A stretch of 64,000 bases of DNA from the human T2T-CHM13v2.0 reference genome, Homo sapiens (GCF_009914755.1 NC_060944.1); one strand, 5' to 3'. Shown: positions 1-20,948, counted from the stretch's first letter. Translations and numbers: made by a program. Notes: a model not told the origin generated them from the letters alone.

Positions 1-905
<905 letters not shown>

Positions 906-990
906 ATAAAAGCCACAGAACCATCATCTTTGAATGAGTAAAGAGAAGAAGACGTCACGGCAGCCAAACTCAAGCTCGTCGCCTGCTTAC

Positions 991-1151
991 CTAATGGGGA
1001 TGATGTTGGAAAACAAGAGGAGGAAGCGGATGATCTGCAGGTACCAACGGCCTGCAAAGTGCTGAAGGGCAACCATGACCAGCGAGACCACCACCAGGGC
1101 ACCAAAGAGGATCTTGGTGAGGCAGTTCACTTCCAAGTCGAACAGGCCGAT
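991..1151 (-). CDS. ATP9A: ATP9A exon 11 (161 bp): [53 protein letters not shown](S) (TM3-TM4)
   Basis: Acceptor CCACAG|ATC, donor TAG|GTAAGC; the PISL motif is split across the donor. Confidence 0.97.
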
Positions 1152-1539
1152 CTGTGGGACGAAGCACAAACCAGGGCTTGAGATGAGCTGGTGTAACTAA
1201 TCTCAAACCTAAACCAGGAGGTGGAGGCTGCAGTGAGCTGAGCCTCACTGCACTAACTCAGCCTGCCGGAGAGCTGGTCCTTCCCCTACAAACACCTCTA
1301 CCCCAGGTAGGACAGTGGGATCCATCGATCCTCATATCTTTGGTCTAAGAACACTGCTTCCATGGGCTGGTGTTCATAACAGGCATCCAAGGGAACTCAA
1401 AGAATTCTGAAAACTCAAAAAAATGTTTACAACTAAAGAAGATTTACACTTGGAAATGTATCAGCGAGTTACTGCTGTGCTGGCTGGGTCGTGTGCTGAA
1501 TAGCCTCCACCACCCTGCAGAGTGCCCTTGGCCTTGTAA

Positions 1540-1965
<426 letters not shown>

Positions 1966-2436
1966 TAATAATAATACATTTATCTTCATGTCTAGTCTTT
2001 TAAAAAGTAACAAATCATATCCATAACTTCATAGAAACATGCCCCAGGATAAGGCTAAAACATTAAACAAACGATTTTATAGTTGTAATGATGGCTGTAA
2101 CGTCTAATGGTGGAGCGACCATGACTGAAGTTTAGGAGACACAGCATTCCTTCCTGCTACTGACAAAAGACAATTATTCTGTAATGTTCTGACTCTTAAA
2201 AATTGGAGGAGGGGTAAGCTGTGATGGTGGGTCACGGTTTGAATCACATGGGCCTGCCCCGTCCTCACTGTGTAGCCTGGACAGGGCACGGTGCTTCCTG
2301 AAGCCGTTTCTCATGGATAAAGGAAGCATGCACTCACAGGGCTGTTATGAAGATGAAATGAGATGCACGTGAAGGGTGAAACACAAGGCGTGCAAACCGT
2401 ACGTGCTCCACAGTTTAACCTAAAAGCACAAAAAAT

Positions 2437-2739
2437 GCTGGGCGCCATGGCTCACGCCTGTAATCCCAGCACTTTGGGAGGCCGAGGAGGGAGGATCACT
2501 TGATGTCCGGAGCTTGAGACCAGCCTGGCCAACATGGTGAAACCCCATCTCTACTAAAAATACAAAAATTAGCCAGGCATGGTGGTACACGCCTATAGTC
2601 CCAGCTACTCAGGAGGTGGAGTTGGGAGGATTGCTTGAGCCCGGGAGGCAGAGGTTACAGTGAGCCAAAATCAAGCCACTGTATTCCTGCCTGAGCAACA
2701 AAGTGAGACCCTGTCTCAAAAAAAGAAAAAAAAAAAAAA
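2437..2739 (+). mobile_element. Alu
   Basis: Full dimer flanked by gcacaaaaaa duplication. Confidence 0.92.
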
Positions 2740-2969
2740 GGCACAAAAAAGTCATATATCCACAAACATGTAACTACATATTTACGTACTGTATTATATA
2801 TGTGTATTGTATATGTATTTATTGCATACACACACACACATATGCATAAAAAGATAAAATGTCTGTATAAATATCACTCTTAGGTGTTCCTATTTTAATA
2901 TCTCGTCACTCACCCACCAGAACCAACCAGCCCACAGCCGGTCAATGTACCCCATGACCTCGTACACAC

Positions 2970-3046
2970 CTTACTTCGGGGATTTGAGGTATTCATGACA
3001 CTCCGGAGTTCTCTGCCAGTGTAAAGAACAACACCCACAACAGTAC
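2970..3046 (-). CDS. ATP9A: ATP9A exon 10 (77 bp): (G)[25 protein letters not shown]
   Basis: Long U-rich tract and TTTTAG|GT acceptor, donor AAG|GTGTGT; G.V.YTG.E motif. Confidence 0.96.
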
Positions 3047-3145
3047 CTAAAATGGAAAAAAGAAAAAAAAAAAAAGAAAAGAAATATTAATACAGACAGG
3101 CAGGCTTGCAAATAGAAGAGTCTGATCCTCTTGAGAGACTGGGTT

Positions 3146-4107
<962 letters not shown>

Positions 4108-4129
4108 TAGGGCCAAACCAATGATCTGC

Positions 4130-4323
4130 GGCTACACTGACCAAAAGAACAGTCACTAACCACTGAAAACCCTTTGAGTTTAAATTCAGTTAAATTAAAT
4201 ACAGCGCCCACCCTCCCTAGCCCTGTTTCATGGCCATATAAGCTAGTAGCTACCTCATGGAACAGAGAAGACCCAGAGCCTTCTCCTTTTACCACAAAAC
4301 TTGTACTGGTGAATGCTGGTCTA
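4130..4323. mobile_element. Degenerate MER3/MER33-like hAT-Charlie element
   Basis: gctagtagctacc..atggaacag... and the terminus gctggtcta. Confidence 0.45.
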
Positions 4324-5363
4324 CGGGGCCCAGCGGCTTCTAATGGAAGGTGACTGGGGAAAGGCGTGGCTTGCCGTTTGTGCCTCTGGTCATACAGGCT
4401 TCCAGAGGTGCCTAGAACATTCCTACCTTCATTAACTATTATGGAAACTTGGAAACAGATGCTTCTTTTTAGAGCACATTCTTCCTGCTAAACCTGATCC
4501 CTTTCAGTCTAACTTGCCCATTTGGGGATGTCTGTCCCAAGGACAACTCTTTCCTAAGAACTCCCCCACCCCTTCTATCCTCCAGACACAGTAAGAAAAG
4601 GCATGAATCCTTCGAAAGTCAACAATTTACTCAAGAAATCAACATGGCCAGTGAACAAGAGGAAAATGCTCAATCTAGTAAATAATCAAAAAATGCAAAA
4701 TCATTTTTATCCCAATTAGATTGGCAAAAATCCTGTGGTACACACTGCTGGCTGACGTGCACACTGGTGTGATCTATTTTGGAGAGAAATTTGGCAGTAT
4801 CTGTCAAAATTTTACTTCTCTCCCCTTCTCAGTGTGTGCCAAGAAAATCAACACAGCAGGAAAGATAGACAGTAAAGAAGGAAACCAAGAAACACGGCAT
4901 CACAGGGAGTGAGTGGCGCTAGGCTGAAAGTCAAGTCAAGCGGAGAAACATACAGGACTGGGTGGCAGGGCGGGGGGAAGGGGGCAGTGGGGGGCAGGCA
5001 GTTTGTACTGTCTCCATTCACATCATCTGAGCCAAAACTTGGAACACGAAGGAGCCAGCCCTGCCAAGCTCTCAGGGAAGATCCCAGGAATACAAGCAAT
5101 TTGGTCTCTGCCAGAAAGAGAAAACACCTCTTTCTCTGTGCTCTCTCCCCCTCACTCTCAGGAATGCCACTGTCAGGAGATACAAAAATCCGAAGAGGCT
5201 GAAGCACATCTGCAGTAAAGAGCCCGCCCCCAAATGCACTGAAGGGACCACGTCCTGGACAAAGAGCCCTAGGAGGAGGCGCTGAAGTCCTTCAAGGGTC
5301 TAACACACTCAGCCAGGCAAACAATGTTCTCCAGCACAATGCAGTTCCCTTCCAAGGAGGCTC

Positions 5364-5418
5364 CCGGCAGATGGCAGGCCAGGGAGAGCTTGCGGTGGCT
5401 TCTCGGCAGATGGCAGGC
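5364..5418 (+). promoter_or_regulatory. Candidate tandem CTCF / CAGATGG E-box motifs
   Basis: CCGGCAGATGGCAG (5364-5377) and TCGGCAGATGGCAG (5403-5416). Confidence 0.45.
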
Positions 5419-5865
5419 TCCTGTGAACACAGGCAGCCCTCCCTTCAGGCCCCTGTCACCACAGCAGATGGCTGGACAGTGGGAACCGAGCCCGGGCTGA
5501 GCTTGGAATGACCACACGACCGCTGCATCCACTCCTATGCAGATGCAGCTCAGCCTCAATCCCCAGAGCCCAGGGTCAGAGAGGGCCCCAGTAACAAGGG
5601 GGACCCCAAAGGGAGTGCCCTCTACGTCTGGCCTGGCTAACCTCGATGCCATCAAATGCTGCTGAAAATGGCCTTTCCCATCCCATGCCTTCTTGTGCTC
5701 AGGACACAGGCTCTGCCTCCACAAGATCCAAACCCCAGCCTCATCCTCAGTGAGACCACCAACCGGAGAGGACGCACACACCGGATGCGCCTTGGCTTGG
5801 TCTGCACGGTGCCTTCAAGGTTCTGAATAACTGGCCACTTTTAAATTCAGGAGCTTGCCTATCTA

Positions 5866-6415
<550 letters not shown>

Positions 6416-6784
6416 TCACCTCTGCAGCCCCTCCTTGCTCTCAAGGTTCTCTTCACTCCCACCCTCTGCAGCCTGCAGGCCACGCAGCCCTTTCCATTCT
6501 CCCAGCCAGTGTCCATCTGGTTTCTCCAAAAGGCCAAGAGGTCATGGTCAGGCATTTCACGGAGTTCTAACTGACTCTCTGGAACAGTGTGGTGCTGCCT
6601 GGGGTCAGGGCTATTCTGTGACCCCTTTGTTCCTCATCCACAACAAAATAAATGCTGAACCCGAGAATCAGCGTTTGGAAATTTTTATAGCAATTAAGTA
6701 TTGCTGCAATATTCGAGCATGTGATCAGAGTAGTCGTCTCATCAAATGGGGTATAGACCATGGAGGCACTATCAAACTGTTGTG

Positions 6785-7082
<298 letters not shown>

Positions 7083-7373
7083 CTTGTGGCAAGGTGCACA
7101 TAGTGTGGCTGCATATTACTCATGCACAGAGGCAGGACCACAAATCGATCTTCTACACATTAGGGGAAAACCCAACAAACTGGTCCCTCTCCACTAAAAG
7201 TTTGAGAAGAACTGGGCTAGAGCACCAGTTCTTCTCACCTTCTAAGAGGTGGCTGTTCCTCAACCTGGGCTCTGTAACATCCAGGCCACCTTCTCTGCCA
7301 AGCTCCTGGTCCTCCTCCATCCCTCCCCTTATCCTTCACTCTTGTGCTGCCTCAGCCTTGCAGCCCTGCATTG

Positions 7374-7387
7374 GCTACCATGGCAAC
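7374..7387. promoter_or_regulatory. Candidate RFX X-box GCTACCATGGCAAC
   Basis: 12/14 match to GTTGCCATGGCAAC, with one perfect half-site. Confidence 0.4.
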
Positions 7388-8248
7388 CACATCTTCTACA
7401 GATTAATGCCAGCTGATACAGACGGACCTCAGCACTGCCTGGCAAGCTTTTTTATTTTTTTTCAACTTCCAACAGATAATAGCAGACCTGTTAACCGAGA
7501 GGCAAGAGTTACAGCCTATAGGGAACACAGAAGTGAAATCTCACATAATTAAGATGACTCTTGCTGGCTGTTCCTGGCGTTGAGAACTAGAAGGAAATGG
7601 CTTGGGTTTACATTAGAATCAGAGGGCAATTAGATGTCTACTCAGTGAGATGCAGGGGAAACTGAGGCCAATTAAGGAAGCAGTCAATGCCCAGCTGCTC
7701 ATACTGACTCCAAATCATACACCCACTAAGAGGCAGGGCAGGCAATGCCATCAGATCACTGCTGTGCTCTCCCTCCCCTACCGCACCCCTCCCCCCAAAA
7801 TAACCGAGCACACAGAGAGGAATTCAGACAAGTGAAAATGTATCTTTAACTCCACAAGGCATCTCCCATGAACTGTCTGAAATATCTTTCTTCTTCAAGA
7901 TGCCAATATGCCTTCCACTCTCCTCCTCCCAGGAGATGACCTCTCCAAGGCATGTAACCTTGAACAAGTTGCTTAACCTGAGACTCAGTGCCTCATCCCA
8001 TTAAATGTCCTCATGTAATGTTATGAGACCAAGTTAAGAGAATGGCAGCAAAACACTTCATCAATTAAAAGTAAGTGATAAGTGAAGACTTAATTAGTAT
8101 TGCTCATCTCTGAGACTAAGACTGACAAGCCCTTCCAACATTGCTCCTTCCACCTCAGATTTCTCTGCATTTGCAGCTCAGCTCAACTGTTTTCCTTTTT
8201 ACTGATTTTGGAGGAAATACATAAAACTCTCTCCCATTTCCTCTATAG

Positions 8249-8582
<334 letters not shown>

Positions 8583-8930
8583 TAAATCCCATGTTGTGGG
8601 CACATGCATCTGTCTCCTAAGGCACTACCACAGTGCTGGGACCGGCAACGGACCTCAGCACCGAACAGGTGCGCTCTTGCTGCATGAAAAGGAGGACGGA
8701 AGGAGAGAAGAAAATCACCAGATGAAAAACAAACAGGCATATGAAAATGCATTTATTACTGAAATGCTAACATTTTCAGTAGCCAAGGTGGTGGTTACCC
8801 TTGGGCAGGTGTGGGGCAGCTAGAAGGGAGTGGAGGGAGCTTCTTCGGGGGTGGACGGTGATAATATCCTGTTTCTTGATCTGGGTGCTAGTCACACAAA
8901 TGTGTTACCTGTGTTAAAATCCATCAAGCA

Positions 8931-9101
8931 TAGGGTGGAAGGAGGGTGAGGATCAGAAAACACTACCTATTGGGTACTATGCTTACTGCCCGGGTGACAA
9001 TATCATCTGTACACTAAACCCCCGTAGCATGCAATTTACCCGTGTAGCAAATCTGCACATGTACCCCCAAACCTAAAATAAAGTTGGAAAGAAAAAAATA
9101 T
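8931..9101 (+). mobile_element. Short L1PA13-16-like 3' end inserted into an older L1M fragment
   Basis: Ends ctgcacatgtacccc..aacctaaaataaagttgg. TSD aaatccatcaagca (8917-8930) / aaatccaccaagca (9102-9115). Confidence 0.8.
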
Positions 9102-9307
9102 AAATCCACCAAGCACTATGTTTAGGATTTTCTGTGTACGTACTATCCTTCCACAGAAGGCTTAGAAAAGAAGAATGGTGAACCGTCCACAAAAAATGAA
9201 GTACGTCCTATTCACGTGGCTGTCTAGTAAGGAGATGAGCACATGACAGGTAGTCATGAACTTCCAGCCCTGCCTATGCCAGATGCAACGGGACATGACA
9301 ACTTTAA

Positions 9308-10556
<1,249 letters not shown>

Positions 10557-10826
10557 TCGTTTTACACTTTCATTCCCCATAAGGCTGCTTGTTCACACGG
10601 GGCCAGAAACACAGACTGGGCCTAAGAGTCTGGAGCCTGGAGTCTGACCTGAGGTAATATTCCCTTGCCTGTTAGTTCTCCTAACTCTATTCCTTAAAGC
10701 AAGTATTTTAATGTAAGACTATATAAACACTCCAAAAAAAGTCAGTGGATATTTTTATAATTTTAGAGCAGGGAAAATTTTCTTAGCATGACACAAAAAA
10801 CAGAAACCACAAAGAAACAAAAGATC

Positions 10827-12441
<1,615 letters not shown>

Positions 12442-13219
12442 AACAGACACGAAAAAATGCTCATCATCACTGGCCATCACAGAAATGCAAATCAAAACCA
12501 CAATGAGATACCATCTCACACCAGTTAGAATGGTGATCATTAAAAACTCAGGAAACAGCAGGTGACGGAGAGGATGTGCAGAAACAGGAACACTTTTACA
12601 CTGTTGGTGGGACTGTAAACTAGTTAAACCATTGTGGAAGACAGTGTGTTGATTCCTCAAGGATCTAGAACTAGAAATACCATTTGACCCAGCCATCCCA
12701 TTACTGGGTATATACCCAAAGGATTATAAATCATGCTGCTATAAAGACACATGCACACGTATGTTTATTGCGGCACTATTCACAATAGCAAAGACTTGGA
12801 ACCAACCCAAATGTCCATCAATGATAGACTGGATTAAGAAAATGAATAGAATACTATGCATAGAATTCTATGCAGCCATAAAAAAGGATGAGTTCATGCC
12901 CTTTGTAGGGACATGGATGAAGCTGGAAACCATCATTCTCAGCAAACTATCGCAAGGACGGAAAACCAAACACGGCATGTTCTCACTCATAGGTGGGAAA
13001 TGAACAGTAAGAACACTTGGACACAGGGTGGGGAACATCACACACCGGGGCCTGTCGTGGCGTGGGGGAGTGGGGAGGGATAGCATTAGGAGATATACCT
13101 AATGTACATGACGAGTTAATGGGTGCAGCACACCAACATGGCACATGTATACAAATGTAACAAACCTGCACGTTGTGCACATGTACCCTAGAACTTAAAG
13201 TATAATTAAAAAAAAAAAA
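12442..13219 (+). mobile_element. 5'-truncated L1PA (about L1PA4-5): ORF2 C-terminus and 3'UTR
   Basis: MFIAALFTIAKTWNQPKCPS...; ends gtgcacatgtaccctagaacttaaagtataat plus polyA. Confidence 0.93.
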
Positions 13220-13476
13220 GAAAATGTAGGCAATAAAAAATTTTAAATTTCTATATGGTAAAAGAAAATAAAGCCCATCACAAACAAAAACAAAAAACAA
13301 ACAAAAAACTGAAAAAATATGTATAACCCACAAAAAGTGAAAGTTTGATATTCTTTCCTCTATAAAGCATTCTAACAAAGTAATGAGAAAAAGAAGAACC
13401 ACAAAGGAAAGTAGATAGACCAGAATATTAAGAATTAGCTGACAGGTAGAAAGACATTCAACTATATTTGCAATTA

Positions 13477-13800
<324 letters not shown>

Positions 13801-14354
13801 TTACAAAGAAACAAAAGAGACAGATGCAAATATGACCACCTGCCAGGTAATCTAGGAAATTCAAACTGAATGAGATAATTATTTTTCAGTCAAATTATCA
13901 AAGAATAAAAAGAGTAATTAATTATTATTTGTTAATAAATGACTTGAAAGCAAGAAAAAATTGGTTCAGGTGACATGGGTGGAAAGTGGCAAGGAGGGGC
14001 AGGATGTGAACGTCTGCATGCTGCGTCCCCTGGGTGGCTGTGCCCAGGCGTGGCCCAGGCATGACCGTGCAGAATTTCTCGCTCTTTAGTCATCAGGGGG
14101 ACTGAGAGACGTACCAAAGTATGATGAAAATAAAGGCAGGCAGTGGAAATAAAATGTAGCAGAAAAAACCTCAAGGGAGAGTGCACCTCTGCCTATTTGT
14201 ATTAAGTAGTGCATGTGTGGATGGTGACACACGGTACTCCAGGGATAGTTTGTGCTGCTTCATTCCCTCTCCTTGCCACACAGGATCCTAATCGAGTGTC
14301 TACTACTGTACTAGAGAGCAACAAAGAAGGAAAAGGCAAGGTGGTTTACACCTA

Positions 14355-14733
<379 letters not shown>

Positions 14734-14829
14734 CTAATAGTAAAGACAGAAAGTCACCAGCAGTAGAATTATAATACTAACTATACTATTAAGTTAATGA
14801 TATCACGAAATGTAAGAAAAGTGATGGCT

Positions 14830-15090
14830 ACACAGTAAGTTCTGTTTCTGGAGCAAAATGCCTAGGTTCAAGTTCCAACTCTGCCTTTCACCTGCTGTGT
14901 GACCTCAGAGCAAGTTACTTAACCTCACTCAGCCTCCGTTCCGTCATCTGCAGAATGAGCATAATATGAATAATAGTATCTACCCTCATGGTGCCGTTAG
15001 GAGGGTTAAGTGCAGTGTGTAACACACATAAGCACCCAGCACAGGGCCTGACACATGGGCTGCATGCCGCTGATGTTAACCACTGCTATC
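14830..15090 (+). mobile_element. MIR
   Basis: Core ggttcaa.t.cca.ctctgcc...gctgtgtgacct..gagcaagttacttaacct...agcctc.gttcc.tcatctg. Confidence 0.8.
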
Positions 15091-15905
15091 GGGGGTCATA
15101 TTCAGCCCATGCAGTCCTGATCAGTGTCATCCCAGCACTGAAAGACACCAATGGGCCAGGTGCAGTGGCTCACATCTGTAATCCCAGCACTTAGGGAGGC
15201 TGAGGTGGGTGGATCACTTGAGGTCAGAAGTTTGAGACCAGCCTGGCCAACATGGTGAAACCCCATCTCTACTAAAAATACAAAAATTAGCCAGCGTGGT
15301 GGTGCGGGCCTATAATCCCAGCTACTTGGGAGACTGAGACACAAGAATCGCTTGAACCCGGGGGGCGGAGGTTACAGTGAGCCAAGATTGTTCCACTGTA
15401 CTCCAGCCTAGGTGACAGTGTAAGACCTTGTCTCAAAAAAAGAGAAAAGAAAAAAAAGAGAAAAAGAAAAAGAAAGGCACCAATATCCACTTCCTCTTGG
15501 TGTTTAAACACAGAAGCTCCAGCTCAAGCCCATGCCCTTTCCTAGGGCCCCAGTGCTGGCAGTCCCAGCGCGACATACCCTACAAACACAGCCTCCAGCC
15601 AGAACATCCAGGCTGCCTCCCCCTCTGGTACAGATTAGAATGTCAATCTGAACAGGCAATTAGAGCTACTGCCAGCATGGACGCTGCAGAAAGGTCCACA
15701 GGCCACGCGGGCTTCTCCTCCAGGCATCTCTAAGTGTCCGAGCTGCAATTAGATGTCAGTTTAATTCCCTGGAGGTGTCGGAACAAGTGGAAAATGCCAT
15801 TTGACCGAGCACTCATTTTTCCAACTGACAGATGATTATTCTAATTACAAAAGGATTTTCTTTCCTTTTCAAATTGCTACCACATTCCTCAAAACGGCGC
15901 CTCAC

Positions 15906-15981
15906 CTGATGCGACCACAGTGCCAGCCCACAGCGTGTTCTCTATGCTCAGGCTCTCGCTGATCGGGGGGTCGCTGTCTTC
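15906..15981 (-). CDS. ATP9A: ATP9A exon 9 (76 bp): [25 protein letters not shown](G)
   Basis: Acceptor TTCCAG|GAA, donor CAG|GTGAGG. Confidence 0.96.
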
Positions 15982-16355
15982 CTGGAAAAGACCAAACGGA
16001 CACACGTTCACCCCCCAAAGCTTCCCCAGAATCCACAGGCTGCTTCTAGCATGGTCCGCTGGAGATAGAAAGACAGGCTCCCCCCGATGAACCTGGAAGC
16101 CCAGTTTGGAAGCCGACGGCTCCACCATGAGGGGAGGGCCAAGCTCTTCCACTACTGCCCTTGGGGTTTTCATCTCCCACAGAAATATGTGAAAAAGTTG
16201 GCCTGTGATTTAAGAAGCGCAGGCCTCTTAGCACTGAAAAATGTTTTATGAGGTTAAGAATCAAAACGTAAAAGCAAACCAATCAGGCTGTTTGCAGGCC
16301 AGCTTTGTTTGTGGCTTATAGAAAGAGAATGTGGACAATGTAATATGGGTTCTAG

Positions 16356-17367
<1,012 letters not shown>

Positions 17368-17582
17368 TCAGGTCATTTAAGCTGTTCCAAGGCCAGAAGA
17401 AAATTCCAGTTGTGTCGACCTTACTGAGAAACAATATGCTGGCTTTCAAGGCGGTGCCTTCTTTATGTCCCCACCTGGCATGAAACAACTTCCTGACAAA
17501 GAACTGTCAGTACTTCTTGGCCTTCATTTCATCCCTTACACACTCCCGGTGACAGGATCCCATGTGAAGGAAGCTCACTTAC

Positions 17583-17663
17583 TCGGGTAAAAGTTCCCAC
17601 GAAGTTGTGAATGTCAATATTTGGCTCTTCTGCGTACACATACGATCGAATCTGAAGAAGGTC
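17583..17663 (-). CDS. ATP9A: ATP9A exon 8 (81 bp, phase 0-0): [27 protein letters not shown]
   Basis: Acceptor AACAG|GAC, donor CGA|GTAAGT; EP...I..F.G motif. Confidence 0.96.
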
Positions 17664-18028
17664 CTGTTCAACAGAAGGCACATTCGGGAGTCAAAGTCAG
17701 TTCACAATGCAAGACTTCAGGAGGCATCCACTATGTTTCCAAAGCAACTATATTTCCCACACACAGCAAATGGCCCCTCAAAATTACAGGGGAGGTGGAA
17801 AGAAGACGAAAGTCCTCTGTTAAGTAAGTTGAGGAGTCGCAGCATACAGTATCTCAAAGCACCCTGACAGACTCTACAGTGAAGACCCTCGTTTCTCTGT
17901 TTACTCAGCCCTTTCCAGACTTGATGGGGTGATGCTACACACCTATGAATACCCTGGAAAGTGGCAGACCCTCCTCTGCTAAATTCTGGCTTGCAAGACT
18001 TGTTTGTACCATTGAAAATACTCATTCA

Positions 18029-18335
<307 letters not shown>

Positions 18336-18404
18336 TCAACAAATGGTTACTGGGCATCTACTCTGTATAAACCTCTGGGAAGAGCTGAAAAAAGTAAGAA
18401 CGCC

Positions 18405-19130
18405 TCCCACCCGTAAGGATGGCTGCTATCAAAACAAAAACAAAAACAAGTGTGAAGATGTGGAGAATGTGGAGGCCCTGTGCACTGTTGCTGGGAACGC
18501 AAGATGGTGCAGCAGCTATGGAAACAGCACTTCCTCAAAAAATTAATCAGAAAACTACCATATAATCCAGCAATTCCACCTCCGGCTATATACCCAAAAG
18601 AAATGAAAGCAGGGACTTGAAGTGATCATCTGTCCACCCATGTACGTAGCAGCATTATTCACAATAGCCAAGAAGTGGAAGCAACTCAAACAAGCATCAG
18701 TGGATGAATGGATAAACAAAGTGTGGTCTGTCCATACAATGGAATATTACTCAGCCTTAAAAAGGAAGAAGTTCTGACACAGGCTACAATACGGATGAAC
18801 CTTGAAGACATTATGCTAAGTTAAATAAACCAGTCACAAAAAGACAAAAACTAGGTGATTCCACTTATAGGAGGAACTTAGGGTAGTTTAATTCATAGAG
18901 ACAGAAAACAGAAAGATGCTTGCCAGGGGCTGGGCCAAGGGGGGAATGTAGTTACTGCTTAATGAGTCCAGAGTTCCAGTTTTGAAAGATGAAAAAAGTT
19001 CCGAAGATGAACACGGCTGATGCCTGCATGACAACGTCAATGTACTTCATGCCACTGAACTGTACACTTAAAAACGGTTAGGACGATAGATTTTATGTTA
19101 TGTGTATTTTAGCACAATTTTTTAAAAAGC
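18405..19130 (+). mobile_element. L1MB-type 3' fragment
   Basis: Typical old L1 3' end (cagcaattccacctccgg..., gtacacttaaaa..ggtta...ttttatgttatgtgtatttt). Confidence 0.8.
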
Positions 19131-19366
19131 AAACAAGAAGTCAACCTTAGGTGATAAGAAAGCCCAAAAGTGAAAGATCTTGGCAAAAACTACATTTCAA
19201 AGCAGCATATGTGAAGTGGCGTAAGACAGGTACAGTCAGGGGGAGCAGCAGTCACTGTTAGAACAGTGAGTTTCTAACTACTGTCTAGGAGCCCCTGGGG
19301 ACTTGTAGCAGCCACCATCATGTGAAGTGGGGCTGGAGGGGGAGCGTGGGGTCCTGGAGAGCCCCT

Positions 19367-19708
<342 letters not shown>

Positions 19709-19934
19709 TCACTTTTTATTATCCATGAAAAATCATTCATAGGGTGGCTACATTTCTTGTTACGTCAATCCCGCCAAGACATGGAACTTTCCTCCTCCCT
19801 CAGGGGACACAGTAAGGAGTGGCTTCGATCCATGTGACGTGAGCACAGGGGAAGCTTCTGTGTTCCACTTCATCCTTCCAGACCACAGTGGGGCATGCCA
19901 CTCACCGGGCACTTAAGTTACACATGGCCAACTA

Positions 19935-20350
19935 CTGCGGCCATCCTCTCAGCCAGGGCCTGCGCCCCATCATACACACTGGGGATACGGCAGAGAATAC
20001 AACAGGAAGAACCCACCCGCAGGGATGCTGCCTGGAAGTGAGTGAAGCAGGGATGCAGGGAGAGGTGGGCAGAAAGAGCCTCTCCGATAAGGAGAATCGT
20101 GAGCAAAAGCTCAGTGGAGTGCGGAGATGCCCTGCCAGGCAGACTCGCCAGGGATCAGAGGGCTCCCAGTGGAGGAAATGGCAACAGTAAACATCCAGGG
20201 ACAGAATGACAGACCCGACAGGCTGGCAGGCAGAGGAGAGAGGGCCAGGCACTGAGGTCGGAGCCTCTGCAGAGAGACAAATGGGAAGGAGCTGAAGACG
20301 ACAGCAAGCACCGCAGAACTGATTCTCAGTAAGATGAGAAATCTTTGGAG
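19935..20350 (-). mobile_element. L2 fragment(s)
   Basis: ctggggatacggcag.gaa.a.aacag pattern; degenerate. Confidence 0.45.
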
Positions 20351-20853
20351 GGTTGTTTTTTTTTTATTTTATGGTTATTACTTTTATTAGATACAGGTGT
20401 CACTATGCTGCCCAGGCTGGAGTGCAGTTGCTATTCCCAGGCACAATCATGGCTCACTGCAGCCTCGAACCCGCAGGCTTAAGCAATCCTCCCGACTCAG
20501 CCTCTTGAGGAGCGGGGACTACAGGTGCATGCCGCTGAGCCTGGCCTACCTTCGTAGGTTTTGAGCAGAGGAATGGCATGCTCTGGCTTACCTTTTCAAT
20601 TTTGGTGAGGCCCCTTGGCAAGGCTCCTTATGGTTTTTAGCTTCCCGCAGGAGAGCTCACTCCCTGCACTCGGGGTCTGCTTTGGTCACGTCAGGAAAGC
20701 CAACTAGGCCCAGGGGCTCTCCAGGACCCCACGCTCCCCTACTGGCCCCACTTCACAAGTTGCCATCCCATGCCTGGCCCCCCAGGTATCTGAGTTTGAG
20801 AACCCTGCTAAGATAGGTTGCCCGCATGGGCTTCTGCAGGGAAAGCTACTCAC

Positions 20854-20948
20854 GGCGGCCGTGGGGAGCCTCTGCGTGCAGGCCACGGGAAGCCGCAGCT
20901 TCCAGTCCGTCTCCCCATCCAGCTGATCCGTCCGCAAGAAGCATGACC
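20854..20948 (-). CDS. ATP9A: ATP9A exon 7 (95 bp): (G)[31 protein letters not shown], with the DGET dephosphorylation motif
   Basis: Acceptor CCACAG|GG, donor GCC|GTGAGT; LDGETDWK is typical of ATP9/Neo1-class P4-ATPases. Confidence 0.98.

Noticed and set aside
5269-5781. 170-aa minus-strand ORF in intron 9
   Set aside because: Non-ATG start in GC-rich DNA with no homology; exons 9 and 10 already join in frame.
8654-8672. REST-like tcagcaccgaacagg
   Set aside because: Half-site spacing and the right half do not fit the RE1 consensus.
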